Of a DNA stretch of 64,000 nucleotides, positions 38,676-49,691 are shown piece by piece. The first letter of the stretch is position 1. Each line of letters begins with the position of its first letter. Under the pieces are notes generated by a model. The model saw only the letters and a program-made list of their open reading frames with translations, did no database searches and was not told the DNA's origin. The stretch comes from Verrucomicrobiia bacterium (GTDB lineage Bacteria; Verrucomicrobiota; Verrucomicrobiia; Verrucomicrobiales; DEV007), in NCBI GenBank assembly GCA_020439945.1, contig JAGRPB010000004.1, positions 10,307-74,306 of the forward strand, given 5' to 3'. The position numbers and the translations under genes are program-made.

Positions 38676-38744
38676 TCAGCCGCATTGAGCGATGACCCTG
38701 AGTCGATAGTTCTGGAAGTTTCGGAAGCCGTAGGCACGGCGCTG
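38676..38744 (-). pseudogene. Remnant of a transposase 3' end (ISL3-like C-terminal motif)
   Basis: Minus-strand translation gives QRRAYGFRNFQNYRLRVIAQCG-stop. From memory this resembles the conserved ISL3-family C-terminus (AYGFRNFxNFRLR). Nothing recognisable lies upstream and there is no start codon. Confidence 0.35.
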
Positions 38745-38994
38745 CGGCGGGCTTAAATCAAATTTCGCGAAATGGATTTGCGAAGGGGCGCGGTAACATT
38801 TCATCGCGCAACCGGATTGCCCACCAGCATGATTCTGGGCGTCAGATTCCACCAATTACCAACGCCTCGACCCGATTTTCGCCCCACCGGTTTCATGGAG
38901 ATCGGACGGATCGGACAGCAAAAGAGCGCTAATCAATCAGCTTGATATTGATACCGCGTCTCATTATCAGATTGGCACCGAACTACTCTACCTC

Positions 38995-39930
38995 ATGAAA
39001 AGATCGAATCCATCACTCTCCCTCGTCGGCCCACGCCGAATCATCGCAGTTGCCGGAATCACGATGTCGCTCGTATTGACGGCGGCGCAATCGCCCGATC
39101 TCCACGCCGGTGAAGAAATCTTCAGCCATGTCAAGACGGCGGAAACCCTGCCCGAAGGAGCCTGGGAAGCCTACCAGACCCTCACTTCCCGCTTCGACAA
39201 GGGACAAGGATCTTACAACGCCTGGAACCTCATGCTAGAACTGGAATACGGAGTCACCGACAAACTCTCGATCAGCGGGGGTCTACAGGCGCAGTCTCTG
39301 GACACCAGTGGTCTGATCGTGGATGGCTACATCCCCGAGGAAATCGACCGGACTGGTTTCTCCGGCGCTGAGATCGGGTTGAAATACAATTTCCTCCAGC
39401 CCGCCAAGGCAAAAATCGGCCTCACTTACTATACGGGTTTCGATTTCACCTGGGTGGATCCCCATTCCGGCCAGGACAAGTATACACTCTCCTACGAGAA
39501 CCAGCTGCTCCTTCAGAAATACATGATGGAAGGCCAATTGATCTGGGCAACCAATCTTGGTGTTGAAACCACCTACGCCGACCGCGCGTCTATTCCCGGT
39601 CTTTCACCCGACATCGAGTGGCCCACCGATCCCGAAGTCGAAATCGAACTCCAGGCCGGAACCGCGCTCAGCTATCGCATCGCCCCGAAGCTTTTCGTTA
39701 ACATGGAAACGCTCTTTGAAACTGAGTTCGAAACCGAAGTCGGCCAGGAGCGCTGGTCCGTCTTTGTCGGTCCCAGCCTCCACTACGCGACCGAAAAATG
39801 GTGGGCGACCATCGGCTGGCTCCCGCAAGTCGGCGGCGGCGGCGAACGCTACCCCGGACAGACCAGCGGGCTGCACCTGATCGAGAAAACAGCGCACGAA
39901 ATTCGCTTCCGTGCCGGCCTGAATTTCTGA
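38995..39930 (+). CDS. Outer-membrane beta-barrel protein (MetA-pathway/transporter-like), hypothetical
   Basis: Signal peptide, alternating beta-strand pattern, and a C-terminus ending RFRAGLNF (terminal aromatic residue typical of outer-membrane proteins). Confidence 0.75.
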   Translation: MKRSNPSLSLVGPRRIIAVAGITMSLVLTAAQSPDLHAGEEIFSHVKTAETLPEGAWEAYQTLTSRFDKGQGSYNAWNLMLELEYGVTDKLSISGGLQAQSLDTSGLIVDGYIPEEIDRTGFSGAEIGLKYNFLQPAKAKIGLTYYTGFDFTWVDPHSGQDKYTLSYENQLLLQKYMMEGQLIWATNLGVETTYADRASIPGLSPDIEWPTDPEVEIELQAGTALSYRIAPKLFVNMETLFETEFETEVGQERWSVFVGPSLHYATEKWWATIGWLPQVGGGGERYPGQTSGLHLIEKTAHEIRFRAGLNF

Positions 39931-39941
39931 TCTCTCCTGCC

Positions 39942-40493
39942 ATGCGAACTCAATCGTATCTTGCGCATGCGCTCGTTCCGGTGACTGCAATCGTGGCACC
40001 GGTGACGATCGTTCAGACCGCATTCTGTCGCGAATACCTCTCGGTTTCGCAGGCCCAATCCGCTCTGTTTCCCGGAGCCCAATTCACCCAGCAATCGATC
40101 AAACTCGGCAGCGATCAGCTGAAAGAGATTAAGCAATTGTCCGGCGTGCGCCAGCGCGACAAGTCGCCCCAGGTCTGGCGCGCGGACCGTGGCGGTCTTG
40201 CCGGCTGGTTCATCGTGGATGACGTGATCGGCAAACACGAATACATCACCTACGGCGCCGCCATCTCTCCCCAGGGAAAGGTGATCGGTGTGGAGGTGCT
40301 CGTTTACCGCGAAACCCACGGTGATGAAATCCTCCAGGAATCGTGGCGGCGAAACTTCAAAGGCAAAGACCTCGGCGACAAGTTTGCCCTCGATCAGGAC
40401 ATTCCGAACATCAGTGGAGCCACGCTCTCCTGCCGGAATGTGACCGATGGAGTGAAGCGCCTGCTCGCCCTGCACAAGGTCGCGCTACGATGA
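39942..40493 (+). CDS. Periplasmic FMN-binding domain protein (flavinylation substrate)
   Basis: Start at the ATG at 39942, 11 nt after the outer-membrane gene. FMN_bind pattern GKVIGVEVLVYRETHGD, and flavinylation motif ISGATLS. Confidence 0.82.
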   Translation: MRTQSYLAHALVPVTAIVAPVTIVQTAFCREYLSVSQAQSALFPGAQFTQQSIKLGSDQLKEIKQLSGVRQRDKSPQVWRADRGGLAGWFIVDDVIGKHEYITYGAAISPQGKVIGVEVLVYRETHGDEILQESWRRNFKGKDLGDKFALDQDIPNISGATLSCRNVTDGVKRLLALHKVALR

Positions 40494-41323
40494 ATCCGTC
40501 GATTCGCTGCCGCCCCTTTTTGGGCACCTTTGTCGAGATCGGCGTGACTTCGGACAACGAAGTGACTCGGCGCGCCGTCGATGATGCCTTCGACGCGATC
40601 GGTGACGTGCATCGCCTGCTGAGCTTTCACGATCCCGAAAGCGATCTGAGTCGGCTTAATGCCAGCAACGGCGAGTGGGTGCGTCTGCACCCACTCAGCC
40701 TGCGCGTTCTCCGTCTCGCCAAGGGACTGACCGAACAAAGTGGCGGCCTCTTCAACTGCACAGTCGGAGCCCACATCGTGGAGCTTGGTGTCTTGCCAAA
40801 CCACCTCAGACACCGATCCCATCGAGCAGCGAGTGGTCTCGCCGATGATCTGGTTCTAAAGCAAAATGCCGCCCATCTCGCCAGTCCGATTCTGATCACT
40901 CTCGACGGTATCGCCAAGGGCTACGCGGTCGATCGTGCCGTCGCCGCCCTGCTCCGGGGAGGCGTTGCATCCGGTTGGGTGAATGCGGGTGGAGACATGC
41001 GCGCTTTTGGAGACATCGCCCTGCCCGTGCACCAGCGCAGTTTGACGGGCGAGCTACTTCCTCTCGGTGGATTGAGTGGAGCGGCGATTGCGACTTCGCG
41101 CGTTGCTCCAGAGAGAGATTCCCGCTTTCCCGGATGCATCGTCAACACGGACGGTGGTCAATCCTGTCACGGCGTTTGGACCGTGCTCGCCCGCCGAGCC
41201 TGGCGAGCCGACGCACTGACCAAGGTCGCCGCCAATGCGCCCAACTCGAAACGTGAAAGCTGGATCGAGCAGCTGGGTGGACGATTGATTGTCCCCGAGA
41301 CGGGTGTAGAAGTCGCGGCATGA
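40490..41323 (+). CDS. apbE: FAD:protein FMN transferase
   Basis: Start at the ATG at 40490 (ATGA overlap with the upstream stop). Motifs FHDPESDLSRLN and TLDGIAKGYAVDRAV. Confidence 0.88.
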   Translation: MNPSIRCRPFLGTFVEIGVTSDNEVTRRAVDDAFDAIGDVHRLLSFHDPESDLSRLNASNGEWVRLHPLSLRVLRLAKGLTEQSGGLFNCTVGAHIVELGVLPNHLRHRSHRAASGLADDLVLKQNAAHLASPILITLDGIAKGYAVDRAVAALLRGGVASGWVNAGGDMRAFGDIALPVHQRSLTGELLPLGGLSGAAIATSRVAPERDSRFPGCIVNTDGGQSCHGVWTVLARRAWRADALTKVAANAPNSKRESWIEQLGGRLIVPETGVEVAA

Positions 41324-41754
41324 AAGGCTATCCGAAGCATTTCAAAACCGTCCTGCTTTCCACCTTCGCCGCGCTGGTTGCCAGCGGGCTGACGCTGGCT
41401 CCGGGCCTGCTGATGTTTCGTCTCGATCTCGATGTACCCGATTGGGCGAGTCCCTTCGAGCGAACCTCCGTCGCTGCGATTCACGTCGGAGCGGCTCTTC
41501 TGACCTGCTTCTTTGTGGGTTCGCTCTGGTCGATCCACATGCGAACGGGCTGGAAGCGACGGAAAAACCATCGCAGCGGCACCCTGCTCTGCACCGCGTT
41601 TCTCGTCCTCGCAGCCTCTGGTCTTGGCGGCCTCTACTTTGGAGATGAGTTGCTCGCGCGCGGCAACGCCATCGTTCATCTTTCGGCGGGAATCATTTTG
41701 CCGTCGATCCTCATCTTTCACAGCCTGGCTTGGCGGCGGCGACGAAATCAGTGA
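41320..41754 (+). CDS. Four-TM membrane protein with intramembrane histidines (possible b-type cytochrome)
   Basis: ATGA overlap with the apbE stop. Four helices carry His in AAIHVGAALL, WSIHMRTGW, AIVHLSAGI and LIFHSLAW. Confidence 0.7.
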   Translation: MKGYPKHFKTVLLSTFAALVASGLTLAPGLLMFRLDLDVPDWASPFERTSVAAIHVGAALLTCFFVGSLWSIHMRTGWKRRKNHRSGTLLCTAFLVLAASGLGGLYFGDELLARGNAIVHLSAGIILPSILIFHSLAWRRRRNQ

Positions 41755-42770
41755 CTGGCGCTCGCGGGTTCCCGGGAAAGATCGATCGCCAGTCGGACCG
41801 CGCTGTACAGACTGTCGGGGCGGGCTTTTCCCGTCCACGCGATGTCGAAAGCGGTGCCGTGATCGACGCTGGTTCGAATGACGGGCAGCCCGAGCGTCGT
41901 ATTGACCGCCGAATCGAAGGCGAGTGCCTTCACCGGGATGTGCCCCTGATCGTGATACATGCACACGAAGGCGTCGTTGGCTTCCAGCGATGATTTGATG
42001 AAAGCGGTATCGGGAGGCACCGGACCAACGGCGTTGATTCCCTGTTCCCTGGCTGCCTCGATGGCGGGAATGATAGCCCGCTCCTCTTCCCCGTCTCCGA
42101 ACAAGCCGTGCTCCCCGGCGTGAGGATTCAATCCGCACACCACGATGCGGGGAGAGCGTTTCCGGATGCGGGTCAACGCGTCGGCCGTCAGCTCGATCAC
42201 CTGGAGAATCCGGTCCCGCGTCAACAGGGCGGGCACCTCGGCATAGCCCACATGCACGGTTACGAAGGTGCAGGTGATGATCTCGGAATACTGCATCATG
42301 CAGAAATCATCCGTGTTCGTCCGACTCGCGAAGATCTCGGTATGCCCGGGAAAATTGATCCCCGCCATCCGCATCGCTTCCTTATTCAGCGGCAAGGTGG
42401 TCACCGCATCCACCCGCCCGGATTGCACCGCTTCGATGGAATGCTCCACGTAGGTGTAGGCGGCCTTCCCGGCGGCGGCGCTGAGTTCTCCCGGCGAAAA
42501 CGCGCCCGGTTCGATCGCTCCGATATCGTAGATCGCGGGGCCGGTGATCCCTCCCACATCGGCCGCTTGATTCACGATTTGTGTCGCTTCGTTCCAGGCG
42601 ATGCCCGTCGCCTCACCGGCCGCCCGCATCACCGCCACATCGCCGAACACGATCGGACGGCAATGCGCCAGCAACGACGATTCTGATAAAAGGCGCACCC
42701 CCAATTCGGGTCCGACTCCGGCGGGGTCGCCCATGGTGACGGCAATTCTTGGGAGGGAATCCGAAGGCAT
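41748..42770 (-). CDS. pdxA: 4-hydroxythreonine-4-phosphate dehydrogenase family (PdxA)
   Basis: Motifs MGDPAGVGPEL, NFPGHTE and VDHGTAFDIAW. Confidence 0.88.
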   Translation of the reverse strand: MPSDSLPRIAVTMGDPAGVGPELGVRLLSESSLLAHCRPIVFGDVAVMRAAGEATGIAWNEATQIVNQAADVGGITGPAIYDIGAIEPGAFSPGELSAAAGKAAYTYVEHSIEAVQSGRVDAVTTLPLNKEAMRMAGINFPGHTEIFASRTNTDDFCMMQYSEIITCTFVTVHVGYAEVPALLTRDRILQVIELTADALTRIRKRSPRIVVCGLNPHAGEHGLFGDGEEERAIIPAIEAAREQGINAVGPVPPDTAFIKSSLEANDAFVCMYHDQGHIPVKALAFDSAVNTTLGLPVIRTSVDHGTAFDIAWTGKARPDSLYSAVRLAIDLSREPASASH

Positions 42771-42826
42771 TTGCCCTCAGCTTAGACGCTTCGCGGTCCC
42801 AGGCAACCGGGTTGAAATGCCGAATC

Positions 42827-44602
42827 TCACCGCGATGGCATCCAGGCGCGCCAGCCGCCGTGGGAGGTGATCTCCTCGGCAGATACGGTCGCCCATTCCT
42901 CACAGACGAATCCACTCACTTCACGGCTGTCGGCGAGCGTCACCTTCCCAATTCCCAGCGGCGATCCGATGCCATCCACGAACGTCCCGAAGCTGCTCGC
43001 CGGAACCGACCAGATCTCCACCTCGATCGCGGCACCTCTTGAATCATCGCGAACCAATCCCGGACGCGGCGGGAAATCTTCTGTGGCCGGCAGTGCGAAC
43101 ATCCGATAACACGGCGCGGTTTGAGTGGCTTCCACCAGCCAACCGCCACGAGTCGTCAGTTGATGATTCAGTGGCAATCCGCTGAGATGAGCGCCACAGA
43201 CCACCACTTCGATTCGAGGTTCGTCAGAGTCGATCCGGAGAGTCGGGAACGCATCGCCTTTCGCGTGAAATTTCGCCGCCAACTCGAGCAGGAACGCGTC
43301 GCAAAACGCCGGACCAAACAGGGTTATGCCCCACGGCATACCCTGTTGACTCAGGAACCCCGCCGGCACCGCGGTCGCCGCGTAGTCGAGCAGGTTCATG
43401 AAATTGGTGTAGTAACCGAGATTTGAATTCAAACGAATCGGATCGGCTTCGACTTCGGCAACGGTGTAGGGCTTGCCAAAAGTCGGTGTGAGTATGGCAT
43501 CGACGAAATCCCAAACGTCGTCGGCCCGGCGTTTGAGTTCGCGGAGCCGATACTCGGCCCGGAATGCGGCCACCGCCGTGAGGGTGCGGCCACCTTCGAT
43601 GATTTTTCGCGTCACCGGAAAGACCGCATCGGCCTGGGCATCGAGGAATGGCTCGATCGCCGCCAAGCGCTCCGCCACCCAAGGACCTTCGTAGAGCAGG
43701 AGGGCGGCTTCGAGGAAGGGAGCGAAATCGATTTCAGTGACCTCGCATCCCAGATCGCGAAATCGCTGAATGGATTCCGAAAAGAGCGCCCGGCAATCTT
43801 CGTCGCCGAAAAACTCAAGCTGATCAGGTTTGGGAATTCCAATCTTTGCTTTTGAAACCTGCGGTCCCGGCAATGGCGAACTGATTACGCTTCGGCTATA
43901 CGGATCCGCCGCGTCGAAGCCGGCCATCACATTCAGGACCTCGGCGGTTTCGCTAGTGGTGGCGGCGAAAACTGTGACGCAGTCGAGGGAGCGGCAGGCG
44001 GGAACCACACCGGAACAGCTCACCAGTCCCTTGGTCGGTTTGAGCCCAACCAAATCATTCAGCGATGCCGGGACGCGGCCTGAGCCAGCGGTGTCGGTTC
44101 CCAGCGAAAAGCTCACCAGCCCAGCGCTCACCGCAACCGCCGAACCGGAACTTGATCCACCGGGAATGTAGTCGCCATTGTACGGATTTGTCGGAAATCC
44201 GAAGGGCGAACGCACGCCGACCAGACCGGTGGCGAACTGATCGAGATTCGTTTTCCCGATCGGAATCGCTCCGGCTTCGATCAACTTCCCGACAGCAAAC
44301 GCGGAGCGCTCGGGCACGTAGGCGTATTCGGGGCATCCCGCTGTCGTCGGCACTCCGGCGAGGTCGATGTTGTCTTTGATGGCGAACGGCACGCCCAAAA
44401 GCGGAAGCGAATCAGGATCGAGCGCCTCCATACGTTTCACGTATGTCATCACCTGCTCGACCGACAGGCGTTCGATCCAGATTTTTGGATCTGCGCCATC
44501 ACAAGCTTCCAGGACACGTCCGATCAGTTCTTCCGGCGTGGTCTTTCCCGATCGATAAGCCTCCCGTAACACCGAGAGTGAAAGGTCATCCTTGAGCAAC
44601 AT
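42827..44602 (-). CDS. atzF: Allophanate hydrolase (amidase signature domain plus C-terminal AH domain)
   Basis: 591 aa with amidase signature GGSSSGSAVAVSAGLVSFSLGTDTAGSGRVPA, plus a ~120-aa C-terminal domain. Lies 10 nt downstream of the carboxylase. Confidence 0.9.
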   Translation of the reverse strand: MLLKDDLSLSVLREAYRSGKTTPEELIGRVLEACDGADPKIWIERLSVEQVMTYVKRMEALDPDSLPLLGVPFAIKDNIDLAGVPTTAGCPEYAYVPERSAFAVGKLIEAGAIPIGKTNLDQFATGLVGVRSPFGFPTNPYNGDYIPGGSSSGSAVAVSAGLVSFSLGTDTAGSGRVPASLNDLVGLKPTKGLVSCSGVVPACRSLDCVTVFAATTSETAEVLNVMAGFDAADPYSRSVISSPLPGPQVSKAKIGIPKPDQLEFFGDEDCRALFSESIQRFRDLGCEVTEIDFAPFLEAALLLYEGPWVAERLAAIEPFLDAQADAVFPVTRKIIEGGRTLTAVAAFRAEYRLRELKRRADDVWDFVDAILTPTFGKPYTVAEVEADPIRLNSNLGYYTNFMNLLDYAATAVPAGFLSQQGMPWGITLFGPAFCDAFLLELAAKFHAKGDAFPTLRIDSDEPRIEVVVCGAHLSGLPLNHQLTTRGGWLVEATQTAPCYRMFALPATEDFPPRPGLVRDDSRGAAIEVEIWSVPASSFGTFVDGIGSPLGIGKVTLADSREVSGFVCEEWATVSAEEITSHGGWRAWMPSR

Positions 44603-44612
44603 TGCGACAGAT

Positions 44613-47600
44613 TCAGGAGGGTTCGAGATAGAGCAAAGCCTGCCCCGGGCGTACGGCGGCGCTTTCGGTCACAGTAACTTTCCAGACCGTTCCGGCTCGC
44701 GGGGCGCAGATGGTGAACTCGGTTTTCATCGCCTCGAGAATGGCCACCTTTTCCCCCGCTTCCACGACGTCGCCTTCGGTCTTGAACAGTTTCCAGACGT
44801 TGGCGGCGAGGAAGCTTTCGACAGGCTCCACATGATCCGGGATCGCTTCGTCGCCATCGCCGGCGGCACTTTCGGCGAGTTCCGGGGCCCCCGACATGGC
44901 GACGCCGGCGGCGGCCCAGCGCTCGCGTTCTTCGTCGAAGGCGGCCTGCTGCCGTTGCTTGAAGGACTGGATCGACTCGGAGTTGTCGGCGAGGAATTTC
45001 GCGTAGTCCCCCATCGAGAAGGTGCCCGTCTCGACTTTCGGATTGAAACGTCCCTGGATGAAATCGCGCCGCAGTTGTTTCAGTTCATCGGCGCTGACGG
45101 GATACCAACGAATCTGATCGAAGAAGCGGAGCAACCACGGCTTGCCTTCGCGAAAAGACACCGTTTGCCGATACCGATTCCACATCTGGATGGTGCGGCC
45201 GACAAACTGGTAACCGCCGGGCCCTTCCATCCCGTAGATGCAGAGATAGGCGCCACCGATGCCGACGGCGTTCTCGGGAGTCCAAGTCCGCGCGGGATTG
45301 TATTTCGTGGTGACGAGCCGATGACGCGGATCGATAGGAGTTGCCACCGGTGCGCCCAGATAGACATCGCCCAGACCGAGAACCAGATAGCTGGCGCCAT
45401 AGACGATCTCTTTGACCGCTTCGATGGAGTCGAGGCCGTTGATGCGGCGGATGAACTCGATATTACTGGGACACCACGGCGCATCCGGACGAACCGATTG
45501 CGTGTATTTCGCGATGGCTTCCCGGGTTGAGGGATCGTCCCAGGAAAGAGGCAAGTGAACGATCCGCGAAGGCACCTCCAGCTCTTCCAGAGGGGGCAGC
45601 GCGACTTCGAACGCTTCGATGTGGGCGATGAGATCAGTCTGCGAGATCACGCGGCTGTCGTAGTGAACCTGCAGCGAACGAATTCCCGGCGTGAGATCGA
45701 TGATGCCATCGAGGTTCTCCTCTTTCAGAGCCTGATAGATTACATGAACGCGCAGCCGGAGATCGAGGTCGAGCTTGAGCGGACCGCATTCAACCAGCAG
45801 ATAGCGGTCGCTCGACTGCCGATAGACGACGCGATACTCCCCTTCCCCGTGCTCATGAATGATGGCGGATTCGGGAATCGCGGCGATTGGAGAATCCTGT
45901 TCGTCGCCCGAGAAATCCGCCCCTGCCCATGAGCCGAGTTTCGACTCCCGGTCCGTGTCGAGACGAGTTGCTTCGTCCAGCGATACCGGCAAAAACCGAA
46001 CCGTATCTCCGGCGCGCAACTGCCCCATCTTCCACAGGTCGGCATGGATAATGGTCGCCGGACAGACGAATCCGCCCAGGCTCGGTCCGTCGGGGCCGAG
46101 GATGACGGGCATGTCGCCGGTGAAATCGACTGTTCCAATCCCGTAGGCATTGTCGTGAATGTTGGAGGGATGAAGTCCCGCTTCTCCCCCATCCGAGCGG
46201 GCCCACTCCGGTTTCGGACCGATCAACCGAATGCCGGTCCGGTCCGAGTTGTAGTGAATTTCCCAATCTGTTTGGAAGAACGTTTCGATATCTGCGCCGG
46301 TGAAAAAGTCGGGCGCTCCGTGAGGACCATAGAGCACGCGGATTCTCCACTCGTGGCCATAGGTCGGAGGACTCTTGATCTCACTCGATTCTGAGATGCC
46401 TTCGGAAGCACCGAAGTGAATCACGTCTCCCGGTCGCAGCGCTCGACCGCCGTGACCGCCAAACTGACCGAGAATGAAGGTCGAGCGACTGCCGAGATAC
46501 TCCGGCACGCTCAATCCTCCCGCGACGGCGAGATACGAACGCATACCCTCAGAACTGGCACGCCCGACCACAAGCGTCTGGCCCCGTTTCACGGCGGTTG
46601 CTTTCCAATACGGCACCGCTTCGCCATCGAGCGTGGCATCCATCGGCGCTCCAGTCAGGGCGATGACGGTATCGCGGTTGAAGCGTAGCGTCGGGCCAGC
46701 GAGCGTGATTTCGAATCCGGCGGCGTCCTCGGCATTACCGACGAGACGATTGGCAAGCCGAAACGCCAGGGAATCCATCGGACCCGAGGGCGGCACGCCG
46801 ACGTCCCAGTAACCCAGTCGGGCCGGGTAGTCCTGCACGGTGGTCTGGGCGCCGGGCGCGATGACATCGATGCTGTGGGGCCGGTAATCGAAATCCGACA
46901 GCCAGCGTGTGGTCATCCTGCCGTCGCGGAAAACAGGCGCATCGACGACCTGACGCAGGTATTCGAGATTGGTTTCGATACCGGACACTTCGGTCTCGCC
47001 CAACATCCCGAGCAGCCCTTCGATCGCTTTTTCCCTGGTATCGCCGTTCGCCATCACCTTGGCGAGCAAGGGATCGTAGAAGCCGGTCACCTCGGTCCCG
47101 GCGCTGATCCAGTGGTCGATTCGTCCTGTCTCAGGAAAGTCCACATGCGTCAGAAGTCCCGGCGAAGGCTGGAAATTCTTGTTTCCGTCTTCCGCATAGA
47201 GTCGGACCTCGATGGCGTGGCCTTGGCTGGCAAGCGTCGATGCCTCCGGAAGCGTGAACTCCCCCGCGGCGCAGGTGATCATCCACTCCACCAAGTCAAC
47301 GCCGAAGACCATCTCGGTGACACCGTGCTCAACTTGGAGCCGGGTGTTGACCTCGAGAAAGTAGAACGCTTCGGCATCGACATCATAGAGAAATTCGACC
47401 GTTCCCGCCGAGCGATAGTTGACCGCCTCCGCCAAAGACACAGCTGCCTCGTGGAGTGCTTGACGGGTATCCTCGGAAATCCCCGGGGCCGGTGTTTCCT
47501 CGACCACTTTCTGGTTTCTTCGTTGCGCGGAACAATCGCGTTCACCGAGCGCGAGTACACCGCCTTTGCCGTCGCCGAAAATCTGGACCTCGATGTGCCT

Positions 47601-48215
47601 GGCACGAGCGATGAATTTTTCCAGGAACACGCCGCCCTCGCCGAAATTGGCGGCGCTCAATCGGGTGACCGATTCGAAGGCGTCGGCGAGTTCCGCCGCA
47701 TTTTGGCACACCTGGATACCGATCCCGCCACCGCCAGCCGAGCTTTTCAGCATGACCGGATACCCAATCACCTCGGCCTTCTCTGTGGCCTCTTCGAGCG
47801 TGGCCAACAACGAGGTACCTCGCAGCAACGGCACGTCGCTTTTTTCGGCCAGATCGCGGGCCTCATGCTTGAGACCAAAGGCTCGGATTTGATCCGCGGT
47901 CGGACCGATGAATGCCACTCCGGCGGCTTCACATCGACCGGCGAAAGTCGTGCTTTCACTGAGGAGACCATAACCCGGATGAACCGCCTCGGCTCCGGAC
48001 TCGGCCAGGACTTCCATGAGCCGATTCTGGTTCAGGTAGCTGTCTTTGACCGGCGCCGGTCCCAGGCAATAGGCTTCGTCCGCCAACGCCACATGCGGCG
48101 ATTCGCGATCCGCCTCCGAGTATACCGCCACCGAAGCGACGCCCATCTTGTGGAGCGTGGCCAGGATGCGGCAGGCGATTTCTCCGCGGTTGGCGACGAG
48201 AACTTTGGTAAACAT
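44613..48215 (-). CDS. Biotin-dependent urea carboxylase family enzyme; gene context suggests guanidine carboxylase
   Basis: 1200 aa. N-terminal biotin carboxylase ([16 protein letters not shown]), central KipA/KipI-type domains, and a C-terminal biotinyl motif EAMKTE. Confidence 0.92.
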   Translation of the reverse strand: MFTKVLVANRGEIACRILATLHKMGVASVAVYSEADRESPHVALADEAYCLGPAPVKDSYLNQNRLMEVLAESGAEAVHPGYGLLSESTTFAGRCEAAGVAFIGPTADQIRAFGLKHEARDLAEKSDVPLLRGTSLLATLEEATEKAEVIGYPVMLKSSAGGGGIGIQVCQNAAELADAFESVTRLSAANFGEGGVFLEKFIARARHIEVQIFGDGKGGVLALGERDCSAQRRNQKVVEETPAPGISEDTRQALHEAAVSLAEAVNYRSAGTVEFLYDVDAEAFYFLEVNTRLQVEHGVTEMVFGVDLVEWMITCAAGEFTLPEASTLASQGHAIEVRLYAEDGNKNFQPSPGLLTHVDFPETGRIDHWISAGTEVTGFYDPLLAKVMANGDTREKAIEGLLGMLGETEVSGIETNLEYLRQVVDAPVFRDGRMTTRWLSDFDYRPHSIDVIAPGAQTTVQDYPARLGYWDVGVPPSGPMDSLAFRLANRLVGNAEDAAGFEITLAGPTLRFNRDTVIALTGAPMDATLDGEAVPYWKATAVKRGQTLVVGRASSEGMRSYLAVAGGLSVPEYLGSRSTFILGQFGGHGGRALRPGDVIHFGASEGISESSEIKSPPTYGHEWRIRVLYGPHGAPDFFTGADIETFFQTDWEIHYNSDRTGIRLIGPKPEWARSDGGEAGLHPSNIHDNAYGIGTVDFTGDMPVILGPDGPSLGGFVCPATIIHADLWKMGQLRAGDTVRFLPVSLDEATRLDTDRESKLGSWAGADFSGDEQDSPIAAIPESAIIHEHGEGEYRVVYRQSSDRYLLVECGPLKLDLDLRLRVHVIYQALKEENLDGIIDLTPGIRSLQVHYDSRVISQTDLIAHIEAFEVALPPLEELEVPSRIVHLPLSWDDPSTREAIAKYTQSVRPDAPWCPSNIEFIRRINGLDSIEAVKEIVYGASYLVLGLGDVYLGAPVATPIDPRHRLVTTKYNPARTWTPENAVGIGGAYLCIYGMEGPGGYQFVGRTIQMWNRYRQTVSFREGKPWLLRFFDQIRWYPVSADELKQLRRDFIQGRFNPKVETGTFSMGDYAKFLADNSESIQSFKQRQQAAFDEERERWAAAGVAMSGAPELAESAAGDGDEAIPDHVEPVESFLAANVWKLFKTEGDVVEAGEKVAILEAMKTEFTICAPRAGTVWKVTVTESAAVRPGQALLYLEPS

Positions 48216-48251
48216 GATGCGACGACCGGTGACGTTGTCCGATTCGGTTTC

Positions 48252-48887
48252 TCAGTCCCAGATCAACACCTGCACCGGGGTCGGATTGTAAGCGTTGCAG
48301 GGGTTATTGAGCTGCGGGCAGTTGCTGATCAGGGCGATCACGTCGCGCTCCGCCCGCATTTCCACGTAGCGCCCGGGTGCGGAGATACCGTCCTCGAAGG
48401 TGAGCTTCCCTTCAGGCGTCACCGGCACATTCATGAAAAAGTTGATGTTGCAGGTGATGTCGCGTTTGCCCATGCCGTGGCCCCAGCCGTTCACTCCGTT
48501 GATGAAGCTGTCGCGGCAGGCGTGCATGTGCTCTTTCTCCAGCGCGTAGCGCATGGTGTTACTCTCGCGCGAACAGGCGCCACCGAGGGTGTCGTGTCGC
48601 CCGCAAGTGTCGGCCACGATGGTGAGCAGGGCGTCGCCACCGGTGGACATCAATCGGGTGTCGGTAGTCAGGTAGAGATTTCGCTGTGCCCGAATCGTGT
48701 CGCAGGCGCTGTAGCGATTATCGACGTTGTGAGCGTCGTAAAACAGAGTGTCGGCGGCCTGATTGCCCTCCAGATCGACGATGCGAAAATACTGGCCCGC
48801 CTTGATCTCGTGCATCCAGTGATCGCCGGCGAGAACGGTGAAGTCGTAGATCGCGTCTGCCGGATCGAGTTGGCTTTCGGTTAACAT
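48252..48887 (-). CDS. DUF1989 urea-carboxylase-associated protein (carboxyguanidine deiminase subunit type)
   Basis: 211 aa. Motifs [20 protein letters not shown] and [22 protein letters not shown]. Confidence 0.85.
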   Translation of the reverse strand: MLTESQLDPADAIYDFTVLAGDHWMHEIKAGQYFRIVDLEGNQAADTLFYDAHNVDNRYSACDTIRAQRNLYLTTDTRLMSTGGDALLTIVADTCGRHDTLGGACSRESNTMRYALEKEHMHACRDSFINGVNGWGHGMGKRDITCNINFFMNVPVTPEGKLTFEDGISAPGRYVEMRAERDVIALISNCPQLNNPCNAYNPTPVQVLIWD

Positions 48888-48931
48888 GATGGAGAAATCT
48901 GGGAAGTTGAGTTCAGCGAGGATGGCGTGGC

Positions 48932-49663
48932 TCAGTCACGAAGCCGGTAGTAGTTCTCGGTATTGAGGAAGGCTCGTTCGTTTTCCGGGCGGGAAAGGCG
49001 GCAGGGATCATCGGCTGCGGCGGGTTCCCCGGCGAAGACTTCGAGTTTTACCGGCTTCGGCGCCCAGGTGGTCGTCGGGTCGAGTGGATGCGGGCAGGTG
49101 TTGAGCACCACCAGCGTCTTCATTTCGAAGCGGAGATCGATCGAGTCGCCCGCCTTCACGTTTTCCGGGGAGAGCGAGAGGTTGCCCGCTTCATCGGGCA
49201 CGACCTGGCTGAACCAGTTCAAGTTCGGCACCAGGTCCTTCTGACCGAGCCCCCATTTCGCCAGTTCGATGAGGAAGTTTTCCTTTCCGTTCCGGACGAA
49301 GTCGTTCCGGCACGCTTGGTAGTTCATCGCTTCACCGTATTGCTCGAGAACCTGAGCCTCATCGGTGCATCCGCAAACGGTGTCGTGCCAACCCCGGGTG
49401 TCGTTGACGATGGAACAGAAAATCCGGCCCATGTCGGAGTGCACGCAGAGCGGCGAGGTCAGAAAGAAGACGTGCTGCCCCTTGAGCGTGTCGGGCATGT
49501 TGTAACGCTCAACCATTTGGTCAGCGTTGTAGAGAAGCATGGAGACATTGGCGCCGCCTTCGAGATCGGTCAGTCGCAGCGTTTTGCCACGGCCGATGAC
49601 CTGCGACCACATGCCGCCGCCGTGAATTTCCGTTTCGTAGATGGGTGTCTCGGATGAACTCAT
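48932..49663 (-). CDS. DUF1989 urea-carboxylase-associated protein (second carboxyguanidine deiminase subunit type)
   Basis: 243 aa. Motifs [20 protein letters not shown] and [16 protein letters not shown]. Confidence 0.85.
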   Translation of the reverse strand: MSSSETPIYETEIHGGGMWSQVIGRGKTLRLTDLEGGANVSMLLYNADQMVERYNMPDTLKGQHVFFLTSPLCVHSDMGRIFCSIVNDTRGWHDTVCGCTDEAQVLEQYGEAMNYQACRNDFVRNGKENFLIELAKWGLGQKDLVPNLNWFSQVVPDEAGNLSLSPENVKAGDSIDLRFEMKTLVVLNTCPHPLDPTTTWAPKPVKLEVFAGEPAAADDPCRLSRPENERAFLNTENYYRLRD

Positions 49664-49691
49664 GATTAAAATTCTAGGGTCCCCTCAGCTC

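Noticed and set aside
46875-48884. 669-aa plus-strand ORF opposite the carboxylase and a DUF1989 gene
   Set aside because: Antisense artefact. The minus-strand biotin carboxylase reading frame is unambiguous.
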